A stretch of DNA of 64,000 bases from Leptospiraceae bacterium (GTDB taxonomy: Bacteria; Spirochaetota; Leptospiria; Leptospirales; Leptonemataceae), in assembly GCA_025059995.1 (NCBI GenBank), contig JANXCF010000005.1, positions 124,006 to 188,005 on the forward strand. The letters are read 5' to 3'. Positions 45,491 through 55,219 of this stretch are shown piece after piece; position 1 is the stretch's first letter; each line of letters opens with the position of its first letter. A program made the position numbers and the translations under genes. The notes under the pieces are model-generated. The model did no database searches, was not told the origin of the DNA, and saw nothing but the letters and a program-made list of their open reading frames with translations.

Positions 45491-45508
45491 ATTAAATTCG
45501 AGAGTTTT

Positions 45509-45532
45509 TTGATATATCTTGATATATCTTGA
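45509..45532. repeat. 10-bp tandem repeat (TTGATATATC x2.4)
   Basis: ttgatatatc ttgatatatc ttga. Confidence 0.7.
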
Positions 45533-45606
45533 GGAGCTTCAAAGAGGATATTCAAAACGAATGAAAAAAATCTTGTCTAAGCTTTGTAAAGAAATAACAT
45601 AAATTC

Positions 45607-46374
45607 ATGAAAAACTATTTTCTTCTTGGGGCAAGTAAAGGTATTGGATTTGGTATTGCTCTCGAGCTTGTGAAGAAAGGCAACAGAGTCTTCTTAGGAA
45701 GTAGAAATCCAACCAACTTGGAAAAAGCCAAAGAAATCTTGGATCAAATCCAACCTAATTTTACTTTATATGAAAGTGTCGATGTTTCGTCGTATGAGTC
45801 TATGGAACGTTGGTTCAACGTTGGGATTTCTAAATTCGGGACTATTGATGGTTTACTTATCAATTATGGGGGACCTCCGGCTGGATCATTTTTTGATTTT
45901 CATGATAAAGACTGGCAACAAGCTTTTGAGTTCATGCTTCTTAATCCTATTCGATTGCTGAGACTTTCTTATCCTTACTTAAAGCAAAGTCAAGGTTCGG
46001 TTTTAGTGATCACTTCCTTAGCAGTGAAAGAACCCATTGAAAATTTACTTTTGTCAAATGTATTTCGTTCTGCCATCACTTCTTTGATCAAAACTCTGTC
46101 TTTTGAGTGGGCACCGGAAGTGCGGTTGAATTGCCTCATGCCTGGACGAATTGATACGGATCGCATAAGAGAACTCGAAGAAAAAAATGCCACGAAGTGG
46201 CAAAAAACAGCCAGTGAAATCAGGGAAGAATTCCTAAAGAAAATCCCCCTAAAAAGATACGGAACCATAGAAGAAATCGGAAAGACGGGGGCTTTCCTCC
46301 TTTCAGAGGAATCAAGCTATATCACGGGAACAAGTATTTTAGTGGATGGAGGAATCTCTCGTAGTCTATTTTGA
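45607..46374 (+). CDS. SDR family oxidoreductase
   Basis: 'GASKGIG', 'NYGGPPAGSF', 'LSNVFR', 'PGRIDTDRI', 'YITG..ILVDGG'. Confidence 0.93.
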   Translation: MKNYFLLGASKGIGFGIALELVKKGNRVFLGSRNPTNLEKAKEILDQIQPNFTLYESVDVSSYESMERWFNVGISKFGTIDGLLINYGGPPAGSFFDFHDKDWQQAFEFMLLNPIRLLRLSYPYLKQSQGSVLVITSLAVKEPIENLLLSNVFRSAITSLIKTLSFEWAPEVRLNCLMPGRIDTDRIRELEEKNATKWQKTASEIREEFLKKIPLKRYGTIEEIGKTGAFLLSEESSYITGTSILVDGGISRSLF

Positions 46375-46375
46375 T

Positions 46376-46681
46376 TTATTTAAAGACCGAGTCCATTTGT
46401 TGTCGAGATATGGCTTTTTCCCAATCTTCTTTTTCAATTACTTTGAAGGGAAGCTTTTCGATCTGGATGCGGTTTAATATCTTTCCGATTTCTCCTTTGT
46501 TTTTTGGCGCTAAGTAGAAAAATTCCGTATTACACTTGGGACATTTCGTGTGCTTAACGAAATTGAGTCCCACTTCTTTACAGTTCGCACACATACCATA
46601 AAAATCATCAATGATCATCAAATGCTTGGTGATTTCTTTGAGATCGACTTTTTCCCAAACACGAATGTAGAGCTCACTCAT
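46376..46681 (-). CDS. small zinc-ribbon protein downstream of lexA
   Basis: CANC-x12-CPKC; ATG 46681 lies 44 bp after the lexA stop. Confidence 0.7.
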   Translation of the reverse strand: MSELYIRVWEKVDLKEITKHLMIIDDFYGMCANCKEVGLNFVKHTKCPKCNTEFFYLAPKNKGEIGKILNRIQIEKLPFKVIEKEDWEKAISRQQMDSVFK

Positions 46682-46724
46682 TCTTTTAGTATTTTTGCTT
46701 TTTATTTGAAAATCAAGTTCATTT

Positions 46725-47333
46725 TTACTCAAATCGCTTGTATAATCCAATCATTTTTCCTAAAATGATCACTTCTTTTGTGATGATGGGTTTATACTTG
46801 GGATTTGCGGGTTCCAAACGAACATGATCTTTTTCTTTATAGAAATATTTCAATGTAGCTTCATCTCCAATTAGAGCTACTACGATGTCGCCATTTTCTG
46901 CGATTGATGTTTTTCGAATGATGGCAATGTCACCGTCGTGGATTTTTGCATCAATCATAGAGTCCCCCGTAACCCGCAACGCAAAGATTTCTTTTTCGGA
47001 ATTCGCAGGCAAAATCGCTCTTGGGAAGGTCAAATAATCTTCGATGTTTTCTTCGGCTAAGATGGGAGCTCCTGCTGCGATCCTTCCTAAAAGCGGGATT
47101 TTGATGAATTCTTGTTGTTCTTGGGATTTTACGATCTCGATGGCTCGGCTTCGGTTTTTTTCGGTTTTAATGAAGCCTTTTTTTTCGATCGCCTTTAGGT
47201 GATCATAGGCACCTTTCGGTGTGATTTTAAAATGTTCGGCTATCTCTCGTATGGAGGGAGGATAATTTTTTTCTTTGGTATATCTCGTAATGAATTCTAG
47301 AATTTGCTTTTGTTTTTGAGTTAAATCCTTCAT
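46725..47333 (-). CDS. lexA: LexA repressor
   Basis: 'LTQKQ..IL', 'YPPSIREIA', Ala-Gly site 'RIAAGAP', Ser 'GDSM', Lys 'ATLK'. Confidence 0.97.
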   Translation of the reverse strand: MKDLTQKQKQILEFITRYTKEKNYPPSIREIAEHFKITPKGAYDHLKAIEKKGFIKTEKNRSRAIEIVKSQEQQEFIKIPLLGRIAAGAPILAEENIEDYLTFPRAILPANSEKEIFALRVTGDSMIDAKIHDGDIAIIRKTSIAENGDIVVALIGDEATLKYFYKEKDHVRLEPANPKYKPIITKEVIILGKMIGLYKRFE

Positions 47334-47390
47334 GCTTAACAAAAAATTAGAAAACAAAAAATAGTCAATAGATTTTTAGTAGAAGAAAGA

Positions 47391-47409
47391 AGTTCGCCAG
47401 TGGCGAACT
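47391..47409 (-). terminator. intrinsic terminator after cysK
   Basis: AGTTCGCC-agt-GGCGAACT, followed on the minus strand by TCTTTCTTCT. Confidence 0.8.
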
Positions 47410-47415
47410 CATTTT

Positions 47416-48405
47416 TTATAAAACTGAACCTGCTTTTGCCACTTCTAAATCTGCGAACATGCCTTCGAATAAAACTGACGATAGGTATCGTTCTGCTGCA
47501 TCTGGTAAAACAACGACAATTAGTTTTCCTTCGTTTTCTGGTCGATTTGCTTGTCTAAGAGCTGCGACCATAGCAGCACCACTTGAGATCCCACTGAGAA
47601 TTCCTTCTTCTTTGGCGAGTCTTTTTGCCATCTCAATGGCTTCCTCATTACTTACGGTTTCTACTTCATCGACCAAGGACAAATCCAAATTCTTTGGCAC
47701 AAATCCAGCACCAATTCCTTGTATCTTATGTGGGCTAGGTGTCAATGGTTCTCCTCTGAGGGTTTGTGTGATCACAGGGGAATGAATTGGTTCTACGGCG
47801 ACGGATTTAATGGGTTTTCCTTTAGTTTTTTTGATATAACGACTAACACCAGTGATGGTTCCTCCTGTTCCAACACCTGCAACTAAAATATCAATCTGTC
47901 CGTCCGTATCATTCCAAATCTCGGGACCTGTAGTTGTTTCATGAATGTAAGGATTGGCAGGATTTTCAAATTGCTGTGGCATGAAGTATCTTTTTGGATT
48001 GCTATTTACGATCTCATTGGCTTTTTCGATAGCTCCCCTCATTCCCTTAGAGGCTTCTGTGAGGATGAGATTTGCCCCCAAAATCCGAAGTACCTTTCTT
48101 CGTTCAATTGACATGCTCTCTGGCATGGTGAGGGTTAACTTATAGCCTCTAGCCGCAGCAACGAATGCTAAAGCAATCCCCGTATTTCCAGAAGTAGGTT
48201 CAACAATTTCCATTCCTGGTTTTAAGATTCCTCTTTTTTCTGCGTCCCAAATCATGCTTGCTCCAATCCTGCACTTCACAGAATAAGCAGGGTTTCTTCC
48301 TTCAATCTTGGCAACTATGGTTGCAAAGGAGCCTTTTGAAATCCGATTGATTTTTACCAATGGTGTGTTCCCGATCGCATAGGAATTGTCTTCATATATT
48401 CTCAT
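47416..48405 (-). CDS. cysK: cysteine synthase A
   Basis: '[11 protein letters not shown]', 'EPTSGNTG', 'QQFENPAN', 'GVGTGGT', '[11 protein letters not shown]', 'ERYLS'. Confidence 0.97.
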   Translation of the reverse strand: MRIYEDNSYAIGNTPLVKINRISKGSFATIVAKIEGRNPAYSVKCRIGASMIWDAEKRGILKPGMEIVEPTSGNTGIALAFVAAARGYKLTLTMPESMSIERRKVLRILGANLILTEASKGMRGAIEKANEIVNSNPKRYFMPQQFENPANPYIHETTTGPEIWNDTDGQIDILVAGVGTGGTITGVSRYIKKTKGKPIKSVAVEPIHSPVITQTLRGEPLTPSPHKIQGIGAGFVPKNLDLSLVDEVETVSNEEAIEMAKRLAKEEGILSGISSGAAMVAALRQANRPENEGKLIVVVLPDAAERYLSSVLFEGMFADLEVAKAGSVL

Positions 48406-48553
48406 GTTTAACTCCTAACAATTTATTTTCTACAAAATAGATAGGAATAATAGAAAAGTCAAACTTTTTTTATTACTTCGAAAATGTAAGAGGCATATTT
48501 TTTTCAAAACGAAAAAGATTCTTGATTTATTACTTAACTTCCGTTTCATAATT

Positions 48554-49090
48554 ATGATGAACCCAAAAAAGGAATATGAATTTGTCTTGGACTATATCTT
48601 GAACAAAGCCACTCCGGAAGAACTGGCTGGGATTGAATTGGCGCTTGAAAGACGAAAGATGCGTTCTCCGACTTCGTTGAAGGACCTAAACATAGAAAAA
48701 ATGGCAAAAGAGATGGCATCGAAAATCTCTCAATCATTCAAAGTGGATGTGAAGGGCATGGCAAGAAGACTCGTTGCTCAGTTGATTTTACAACATGAAC
48801 CCAATATCAGCGAAGAACATTTGGAGAAGTTATTGGATTATTATGTTCCTGATGAAAATAAAACGAGCCTTCCGAGAGAGTTGTTACACGTGATGGTTCA
48901 GCAATTTTTGGATTATGCTTTAGGAAAAATGCCCCAAAGCCAGATAGAAGAACTCAAAAGAACAGCACCCAAGTGGCATGAAAAATACTGGAATGCTTTC
49001 CCCCTTTCGGTTCGAGTTCTCATTTCTGATTTCTTGAAGGGAAAAATAAGTTCGACAGAATTTTGGCTGGAATTAAAAAAAATCCTTTAA
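48554..49090 (+). CDS. hypothetical protein
   Basis: 178-aa ORF filling the cysK-rho gap, host-like codon use. Confidence 0.7.
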   Translation: MMNPKKEYEFVLDYILNKATPEELAGIELALERRKMRSPTSLKDLNIEKMAKEMASKISQSFKVDVKGMARRLVAQLILQHEPNISEEHLEKLLDYYVPDENKTSLPRELLHVMVQQFLDYALGKMPQSQIEELKRTAPKWHEKYWNAFPLSVRVLISDFLKGKISSTEFWLELKKIL

Positions 49091-50607
49091 TGGAATTCCA
49101 TCACCGCAGCGGTATTCATACTTGCCAAAAATTCCTCATTTGTCTTGGTTAACTTCATTTTACTGAGGAGAAACTCCATAGCTTCAATCGGAGATAGCGG
49201 ACTCAAAATCTTTCTCAGTAAATAAACCCTTGTCAAAACTTCTTCTGGTAGAAGCAGATCTTCTTTACGAGTTCCCGATTTATTCAAATCAATCGCTGGG
49301 AAAATCCTTCGATCTGCCAACCTGCGATCCAAATGAATTTCCATGTTTCCCGTTCCTTTAAATTCCTCGAAAATCACCTCATCCATCTTAGAACCTGTTT
49401 CAATCAAAGCTGTAGCAATAATCGTTAAAGATCCACCGTTTTCGATATTTCGTGCAGCACCAAAAAACTTCTTGGGTTTATGCAAAGCATTTGAGTCCAT
49501 ACCCCCGGAAAGGATTTTTCCCGAAGTCGGAGTGGTCTGGTTATATGCCCTTGCAAGCCGCGTGATGGAATCCAACAAAATCACTACGTCTTTCCCAAAC
49601 TCCACAAGGCGTTTGGCTTTTTCTAAAACAATTTCTGCTACACTGCAATGCCTTGATGCTTCTTCATCGAAGGTTGAGCTGATAACTTCTCCTTTTACAT
49701 TTCTTGCCATGTCGGTGACTTCTTCAGGTCGCTCATCAATCAAGAGGACAATCAAATAGACTTCAGGATGGTTAGTCGTGATTGCATTTGCGATATGCTG
49801 AAGTAATACAGTTTTTCCTACCCTTGGAGGAGCTACGATCAATCCTCGTTGTCCCTTCCCAATCGGAACGAATAGATCAATGATACGAGTATCCAAATAA
49901 TCAGAACGGTATTCGAGTTCGAATTTTTCCATCGGATAGATCGGAGTGAGGTTGTCGAACAAGATTCGGTTTTTTGCTTTTTCGGGATTATCTCCATTTA
50001 CTTTGTCAATCCTGAGTAAAGCATAGTATTTTTCGTTGGAGCTTGAATTGGGTGGACGAACCTGCCCTTCAATGGTATCTCCTGTTTGGAGTTTAAAGTG
50101 CTTGATTTGATTCGATGAAACATAAATATCATCAGGACTTTGAAGATAGCTGTAATTAGCACTTCGTAAGAAGCCATATCCCTCAGGGCGTTTATCCAAT
50201 ACTCCCGTAGCATAAACTATACCATTTCGTTGGAGTTGTTTTTGCATGATGGAATAAATGATACTTTGACGCTTACCAGAGACATCCTCAACTCCCATTT
50301 GAATGGCGAGCTGAATCAATTCTTCAATTGGCATAGAGGTAATCTTTGTGAGGTGAAGAGGAGGTGGAGTTTCTTCGCTAATATATCTGGAAGTTGTATA
50401 GACTTCTTCTTCACTTTCTTGGTATTCTTTTTCTACTTTGGTGTTTTCTCTCTCTATGACGTGAGATTCTAATTCTTGAACTGACTTATGATTATCTGTA
50501 TCAATTCTGAACTCATCAATTTCTTTATTTTCGTCAATTTCGGGTTGAACTTGGTCTTGTAATTCTACTTCTTGTTTCTTTTTTTTCCCTCTTTTTGTGG
50601 ATGGCAT
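49087..50607 (-). CDS. rho: transcription termination factor Rho (acidic N-terminal extension)
   Basis: 'GYGFLRS', 'DDIYVS', '[19 protein letters not shown]', '[12 protein letters not shown]', '[11 protein letters not shown]'. Confidence 0.98.
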   Translation of the reverse strand: MPSTKRGKKKKQEVELQDQVQPEIDENKEIDEFRIDTDNHKSVQELESHVIERENTKVEKEYQESEEEVYTTSRYISEETPPPLHLTKITSMPIEELIQLAIQMGVEDVSGKRQSIIYSIMQKQLQRNGIVYATGVLDKRPEGYGFLRSANYSYLQSPDDIYVSSNQIKHFKLQTGDTIEGQVRPPNSSSNEKYYALLRIDKVNGDNPEKAKNRILFDNLTPIYPMEKFELEYRSDYLDTRIIDLFVPIGKGQRGLIVAPPRVGKTVLLQHIANAITTNHPEVYLIVLLIDERPEEVTDMARNVKGEVISSTFDEEASRHCSVAEIVLEKAKRLVEFGKDVVILLDSITRLARAYNQTTPTSGKILSGGMDSNALHKPKKFFGAARNIENGGSLTIIATALIETGSKMDEVIFEEFKGTGNMEIHLDRRLADRRIFPAIDLNKSGTRKEDLLLPEEVLTRVYLLRKILSPLSPIEAMEFLLSKMKLTKTNEEFLASMNTAAVMEFH

Positions 50608-50678
50608 TTTACAACTCCTATCTGAAATATTCCAAAATGAATTTCATATATATGATGTATTAGTAAAAAAAACGAAAT

Positions 50679-51797
50679 TTAAAACTTAACGTATTTTAAT
50701 GGATTGATTGCTTTGTCTCTATATATAACTTCAAAATGCAAATGAGGACCTGTTGATAACCCAGTATTCCCTGAAATTCCAATCACTTGACCTGCCTTTA
50801 CCATTTGACCTTCTCTTACACGTATTTTACTCAAATGGGCATATAATGTTTTATAATCAGAACCATGCTTCAATATGATAGTTTTTCCATATCCACCCAA
50901 AAACCCGGCAAAGTAAACAATCCCATCTCGTGCTGCCCTCACGGGTTCATAATGCAAAGAAATATCAATCCCAGAGTGAAAATGTCTATATCCAAACAAA
51001 GGATGTATTCGATATCCGAAATGCGAAGAGATCTTTCCCTTCACAGGAGAAACCCAAATAGGCGGTGGTTCAGGTATCACAGCATTAGGTAGAAAAATTT
51101 TTTTCCCAACAGGTAAAATGGCATAACTCACAAGTTCATTGTCTTTAATAATATCCTCCACAAGGATTTGGTACTTTTCTGCTATCTGCACTAACCGATC
51201 TCCTTTTTTGATTTTATAAAATATCCCTGCTTTGTTGGGTATCTTCAAGACCTGCCCCACTTTAAGTTTCGTATGATCCTTTAACTGATTTTCTGTTATA
51301 ATAAACTTTGCCGGGATTCGATATTTAGCCGCAATAGCATTTAAAGTATCACCTTCTCTAACTGTATAACTAATATACTTTACTTTTTTATCTTGTAAAG
51401 CTTTTTCTACTTCTGTGTCTTCTTTCAAAAGTCGGTTTTTGTATTCTTCGGATTTTCGTTCAATCTCTTCGGGATTGAATTTTGTGAGTTCCATTACCTC
51501 AGAAACTTGTTTTTCTCTTGATTCGGTTAATATGGGTTTTTTTTCATTGGTTGTAGCGACTCCACTTTTGGAAAATACCATAAAGAACAAGAGAAAGCCA
51601 GAAACCGAAAATCCCGCTACCAGACTTATTTTTTTGTAAGGTAATTCTGAAAAATCAATCCTCCCGACATGAGGTTTACTTTTCGTTGGAATAGTATAGA
51701 CAAACTTCCCACCCCCTATGTGGGTTATAGATAATTTTCCTTTAAATTCAATTCGCTTTACATCATATCTTTGTTGGAATCGCTTGTGATACTGCAT
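50679..51797 (-). CDS. LysM-domain M23 metallopeptidase
   Basis: TM anchor, two LysM ('YTVREGDTL', 'YKIKKGD'), HxxxD 'HSGID', 'TLYAHL', HxH 'GPHLHFEV'. Confidence 0.93.
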   Translation of the reverse strand: MQYHKRFQQRYDVKRIEFKGKLSITHIGGGKFVYTIPTKSKPHVGRIDFSELPYKKISLVAGFSVSGFLLFFMVFSKSGVATTNEKKPILTESREKQVSEVMELTKFNPEEIERKSEEYKNRLLKEDTEVEKALQDKKVKYISYTVREGDTLNAIAAKYRIPAKFIITENQLKDHTKLKVGQVLKIPNKAGIFYKIKKGDRLVQIAEKYQILVEDIIKDNELVSYAILPVGKKIFLPNAVIPEPPPIWVSPVKGKISSHFGYRIHPLFGYRHFHSGIDISLHYEPVRAARDGIVYFAGFLGGYGKTIILKHGSDYKTLYAHLSKIRVREGQMVKAGQVIGISGNTGLSTGPHLHFEVIYRDKAINPLKYVKF

Positions 51798-51838
51798 TAA
51801 TCTACCTTTACTCTAAAATTATCGAAATTTTATTGATT

Positions 51839-52273
51839 TTATTTTTTCTTTTGGGTTTCTTTTTTTTCTTCTTCTTTTTCTTTCATTGGGAAAGTTTCTC
51901 CAAAGGACTCTTCAATCAGTTTTTCAATATCCTTTTTTTGTCCTCCTGTTATCGTTACCATACCTTTTACAATCACACCTGGAGTCAAATACAATACAGG
52001 GGTTTCTATGTCTCCTAAGAGTTTTCCGTTTTTTTCGATACGCACTTCTTCGGACGCTTGAATGTTTCCGATCATAGTTCCTGCTATGGACACACTTCTG
52101 GCTTTGATATTGGTTTTGACTTTTCCTGTTTCGCCGACGACTAATTCATCTTCGGTTTTGATTTCTCCTTGAAATTTACCATCAATACGTAAAGAACCCG
52201 AGATATAAAATTTTCCTTCGAAAATGGAACCAGGACCGATTACACTATTTAAAGACTCATTTTTCCCAGCCAT
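51839..52273 (-). CDS. bactofilin
   Basis: 'SVIGPGSIFEGKF..GSLRIDGKFQG', beta-helix repeats; GAGG SD. Confidence 0.93.
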   Translation of the reverse strand: MAGKNESLNSVIGPGSIFEGKFYISGSLRIDGKFQGEIKTEDELVVGETGKVKTNIKARSVSIAGTMIGNIQASEEVRIEKNGKLLGDIETPVLYLTPGVIVKGMVTITGGQKKDIEKLIEESFGETFPMKEKEEEKKETQKKK

Positions 52274-52348
52274 ATATTTTACCTCGCTTCAATGGTTTGG
52301 TAAACGTTAATTTTTTTTTGTTAAAAAAGTAAATATCTTTTTAATTTT

Positions 52349-54352
52349 TTAATCGCTTTCTATATCCAATGGTGTTAACAATGGTTTTTGAAAACCTGTT
52401 CTTAACAAAGCCATGATAAGTTTTTTATTTACTTCCGCTCGCTTTTTTGTATCATCGCTTGCGTATTTATGCTTCATGATTTCAGAATAAATCTCAATGG
52501 CTTCTTCGTATTGTTTGTTTACATAATTTAAATAAGCAATTTTTTCAAGTATTTTTCCTATGGGGAATTCATTTCGCAGGGTTCGTATGGACTGTAATCG
52601 AAGTTGGATGTTGGGAAGGTGTATCCTTTGTATTTCGTAGTATCTTTTTGTTTTTTCTAAATCCTCTTCGAAGTATAGTGAGTTTTTTAGACTCAAAGCT
52701 TCCATCTTCTTTTCTTTTTCTTGACGTAAGTATTCTTCTTCGAGAGCTTCCAAAGTTTCATCAAGAGATTTCAAATTCAGCAATGTCTCTTTTTCTTTAT
52801 CTGGATTTTTTTTAGCTTGATAATACCTTGCTAAAAGGATTTGTATTTCTACGAGATTTCGGAAATTCTGGTTTTTTTGTTCTTCTGTCATTTCTTGTTG
52901 TTTTTGTGTGATGGAGTTTTTCATTTCATTGAGGGTTTGCTCTGCATTTATTTCTCTGTCGAGCTCTTCAGCACTATAGTGATCTAAAAAAAATTTTATA
53001 TAAAACAACAAAAATCTCTGATATGCATTCAAAACGGAATTATCTTGGTTCTCTTCGAAAATCAGATTTCGTTGGTCTGGGAATTGTTCGAGGTGTTTTT
53101 TCCATTCTTGGAGTTGAGACTTCGCTAAGCTGATATTTTGCACAGCTTGATAATAAGAAACCAATCGCTGGTAGTGAATAAGATTTCTTGGATCATTTTT
53201 GGGTGCATGTTGAAACCACTTCTTTTCGATTGTAATTCCCTTGAGAGAATCCTTTTCTCGAAAGTACTCCTGCGAAAGCAAATGGATGTATTCGATGTTC
53301 TCAGGATCCAACTTATTAGCTAACTCCAATAAATGAATATACCCTATAAATTGAGAATACAAAGTTTTATTAACTCCTAAAACATTCCCCGTTCCTCGAT
53401 AAAAAGACGATTGATTAAGAACTCTTTCTCTTTCTTTATGAGCTTCTTCGATTCGTTTTGTCAAAGTAGCAATTCGATAAACCAAATTTGCGTATTCTTT
53501 TCGGAGTTTGGTTTGTTCTTCTAAAAACGTTTCTTGATAAGCTATGAGGTTATCCCATTGGTTTTTTAGTTCCTGCCATTTTTGCTGGAATTGACGTAAA
53601 TTTTCGTTTTGTAAGTTTCTATCCCTTCGGATCTGTGCTTGATAATACAATTTTTTTATCTCTTGAATTTCTTGGAGGTTTTTTTGAAAATTCTGATATA
53701 AAACCAAAAAGTTATTTATATTGTCTCTTAAGTTTTGGTCTGAGAGCTCTTTTTGGTAGTTATCATCACCAAAAGTCTTTTTCCAGTATTCAAACGTAGA
53801 AACTTCCTCAAGAAATTTAGGATTTTTTATAAAAAGTTCCAAATTATGGATTTCAATGGTATCTGGCAGAGCTTCTTTTTTTTTAGTAATATCCAATATA
53901 GGGATAGCATATTGTAATGCCTGCAAATAGCTAGAAACGGCATTCGTAGGTCGATTTAAGCTTTCATAGAGTTTACCTTGAAATTCAAAAGCAAAATACA
54001 AATAAGGCGAAAACAACCTTTTGGTTTTTTGTAATTCCTCTAACTTTCGAACAAATAACAAAAGATGGATCTTATCCAAAGGAAATCGATAAAAGTCATA
54101 AGGAATGGATATTTCTGATTCTCGCAAATATCTTTCTTTTTGAAATTGCTGATAGTAGGTTTGGATTTCTTTTTGGAGGTTTTGCAAAATCTCTTGGGGT
54201 TCAAAGACTTGATTTTCCCAATGTTCGTAAAGCCTTTGGATTCGAGAAAAATCCAAAACTTCACTGGGTGGTCGTATAGCCTGAGCTACCAAAGAAAAAG
54301 AGAAAGGAAAAGAAAACAATAACGATAAAATCAAAAAAACCAAAACCTTCAT
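52349..54352 (-). CDS. exported alpha-helical TPR/coiled-coil hypothetical protein
   Basis: Signal peptide from ATG 54352 (MKVLVFL...AQA); TPR-like 'QGKLYESL...AVSSYLQAL' and 'YEEAIEIY'. Confidence 0.7.
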   Translation of the reverse strand: MKVLVFLILSLLFSFPFSFSLVAQAIRPPSEVLDFSRIQRLYEHWENQVFEPQEILQNLQKEIQTYYQQFQKERYLRESEISIPYDFYRFPLDKIHLLLFVRKLEELQKTKRLFSPYLYFAFEFQGKLYESLNRPTNAVSSYLQALQYAIPILDITKKKEALPDTIEIHNLELFIKNPKFLEEVSTFEYWKKTFGDDNYQKELSDQNLRDNINNFLVLYQNFQKNLQEIQEIKKLYYQAQIRRDRNLQNENLRQFQQKWQELKNQWDNLIAYQETFLEEQTKLRKEYANLVYRIATLTKRIEEAHKERERVLNQSSFYRGTGNVLGVNKTLYSQFIGYIHLLELANKLDPENIEYIHLLSQEYFREKDSLKGITIEKKWFQHAPKNDPRNLIHYQRLVSYYQAVQNISLAKSQLQEWKKHLEQFPDQRNLIFEENQDNSVLNAYQRFLLFYIKFFLDHYSAEELDREINAEQTLNEMKNSITQKQQEMTEEQKNQNFRNLVEIQILLARYYQAKKNPDKEKETLLNLKSLDETLEALEEEYLRQEKEKKMEALSLKNSLYFEEDLEKTKRYYEIQRIHLPNIQLRLQSIRTLRNEFPIGKILEKIAYLNYVNKQYEEAIEIYSEIMKHKYASDDTKKRAEVNKKLIMALLRTGFQKPLLTPLDIESD

Positions 54353-54440
54353 TTTTAAGGATATTTCGGAAAATAATTGTTCTTTTCTACTTTTAAAAAA
54401 ACTTTTCAAACTCGTAAAAAGCAAAAAAATTAAAGATCCC

Positions 54441-55190
54441 ATGTGTACTTTAACCATTTTTTCTTACGAGAAAGATCGTTCATTTCTGATAGCGTTCAAT
54501 CGAGACGAACTCAAAATTAGAAAGATAGCTTATCCTCCCTCTTTTTATGAGTTTCGTGGGATCAAACAACTTTATCCCAAAGATGCGGAATCCGGAGGTA
54601 CTTGGATAGGAATTAATGATCTGGGATTTGCTTTTGTTTTGTTAAATTACAATCAAAAAGGACTTTATAAAAATTATGCCACCAACCCAGTTTACTTAAA
54701 CAAAAAAAGTCGAGGCTTTATCATTCCTCCTTTGCTGGAATTTTCAACAGAAACAGAAATCTTGCAAGCCATGAAAACCTTACCCTATGAGCAGTTTTCA
54801 CCCTTTCGATTGATTTTCTTTAATCCCCACAAACAAAAAATACATGCTTTGATTTATACAGGAAGGGGGAAAAAATACCGAGAGTATTGTTTGCCATTCT
54901 TTCAAGCATCTTCAGGCATTGGAGATTTAAAGATGTATCCTATCCGAAAGCGCTTGTTTAAAGAATTCTTGAAAAACCCTACCAGCTCCAAACAGCAAAT
55001 TCGTTTTCATCATTACTATAACAAAAAAAAGCCATCCAATGGAATCCTCATGAATCGTAAACTTGCTCATACTGTGAGTCAAAGTTTTATTCTTCTGAAA
55101 GAGAAGAAAGTTTATTTTCATTACAAAGATGTAATCCAAAAGAAGAAATATAAATATCAAATGACACTAAAAACTCCCATTGCTTTGTGA
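54441..55190 (+). CDS. NRDE/TANGO2 family protein
   Basis: N-terminal 'MCT', 'FNRDE', 'GGTWIG', 'SRG'. Confidence 0.92.
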   Translation: MCTLTIFSYEKDRSFLIAFNRDELKIRKIAYPPSFYEFRGIKQLYPKDAESGGTWIGINDLGFAFVLLNYNQKGLYKNYATNPVYLNKKSRGFIIPPLLEFSTETEILQAMKTLPYEQFSPFRLIFFNPHKQKIHALIYTGRGKKYREYCLPFFQASSGIGDLKMYPIRKRLFKEFLKNPTSSKQQIRFHHYYNKKKPSNGILMNRKLAHTVSQSFILLKEKKVYFHYKDVIQKKKYKYQMTLKTPIAL

Positions 55191-55195
55191 AGAAT

Positions 55196-55219
55196 AAAAA
55201 GGAGCTGTAGCTCCTTTTT
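55196..55219. terminator. bidirectional intrinsic terminator between the NRDE gene and glnA
   Basis: AAAAAGGAGC-tgta-GCTCCTTTTT. Confidence 0.88.

Noticed and set aside
43306..49759. Longer antisense ORFs (43306-43782, 47459-47785, 49343-49759 and similar)
   Set aside because: Shadows of well-supported opposite-strand genes, with no motifs of their own
54352..54457. Apparent head-to-head overlap of the 702-aa ORF with the NRDE gene
   Set aside because: Disappears if ATG 54352, which begins a signal peptide, is the true start
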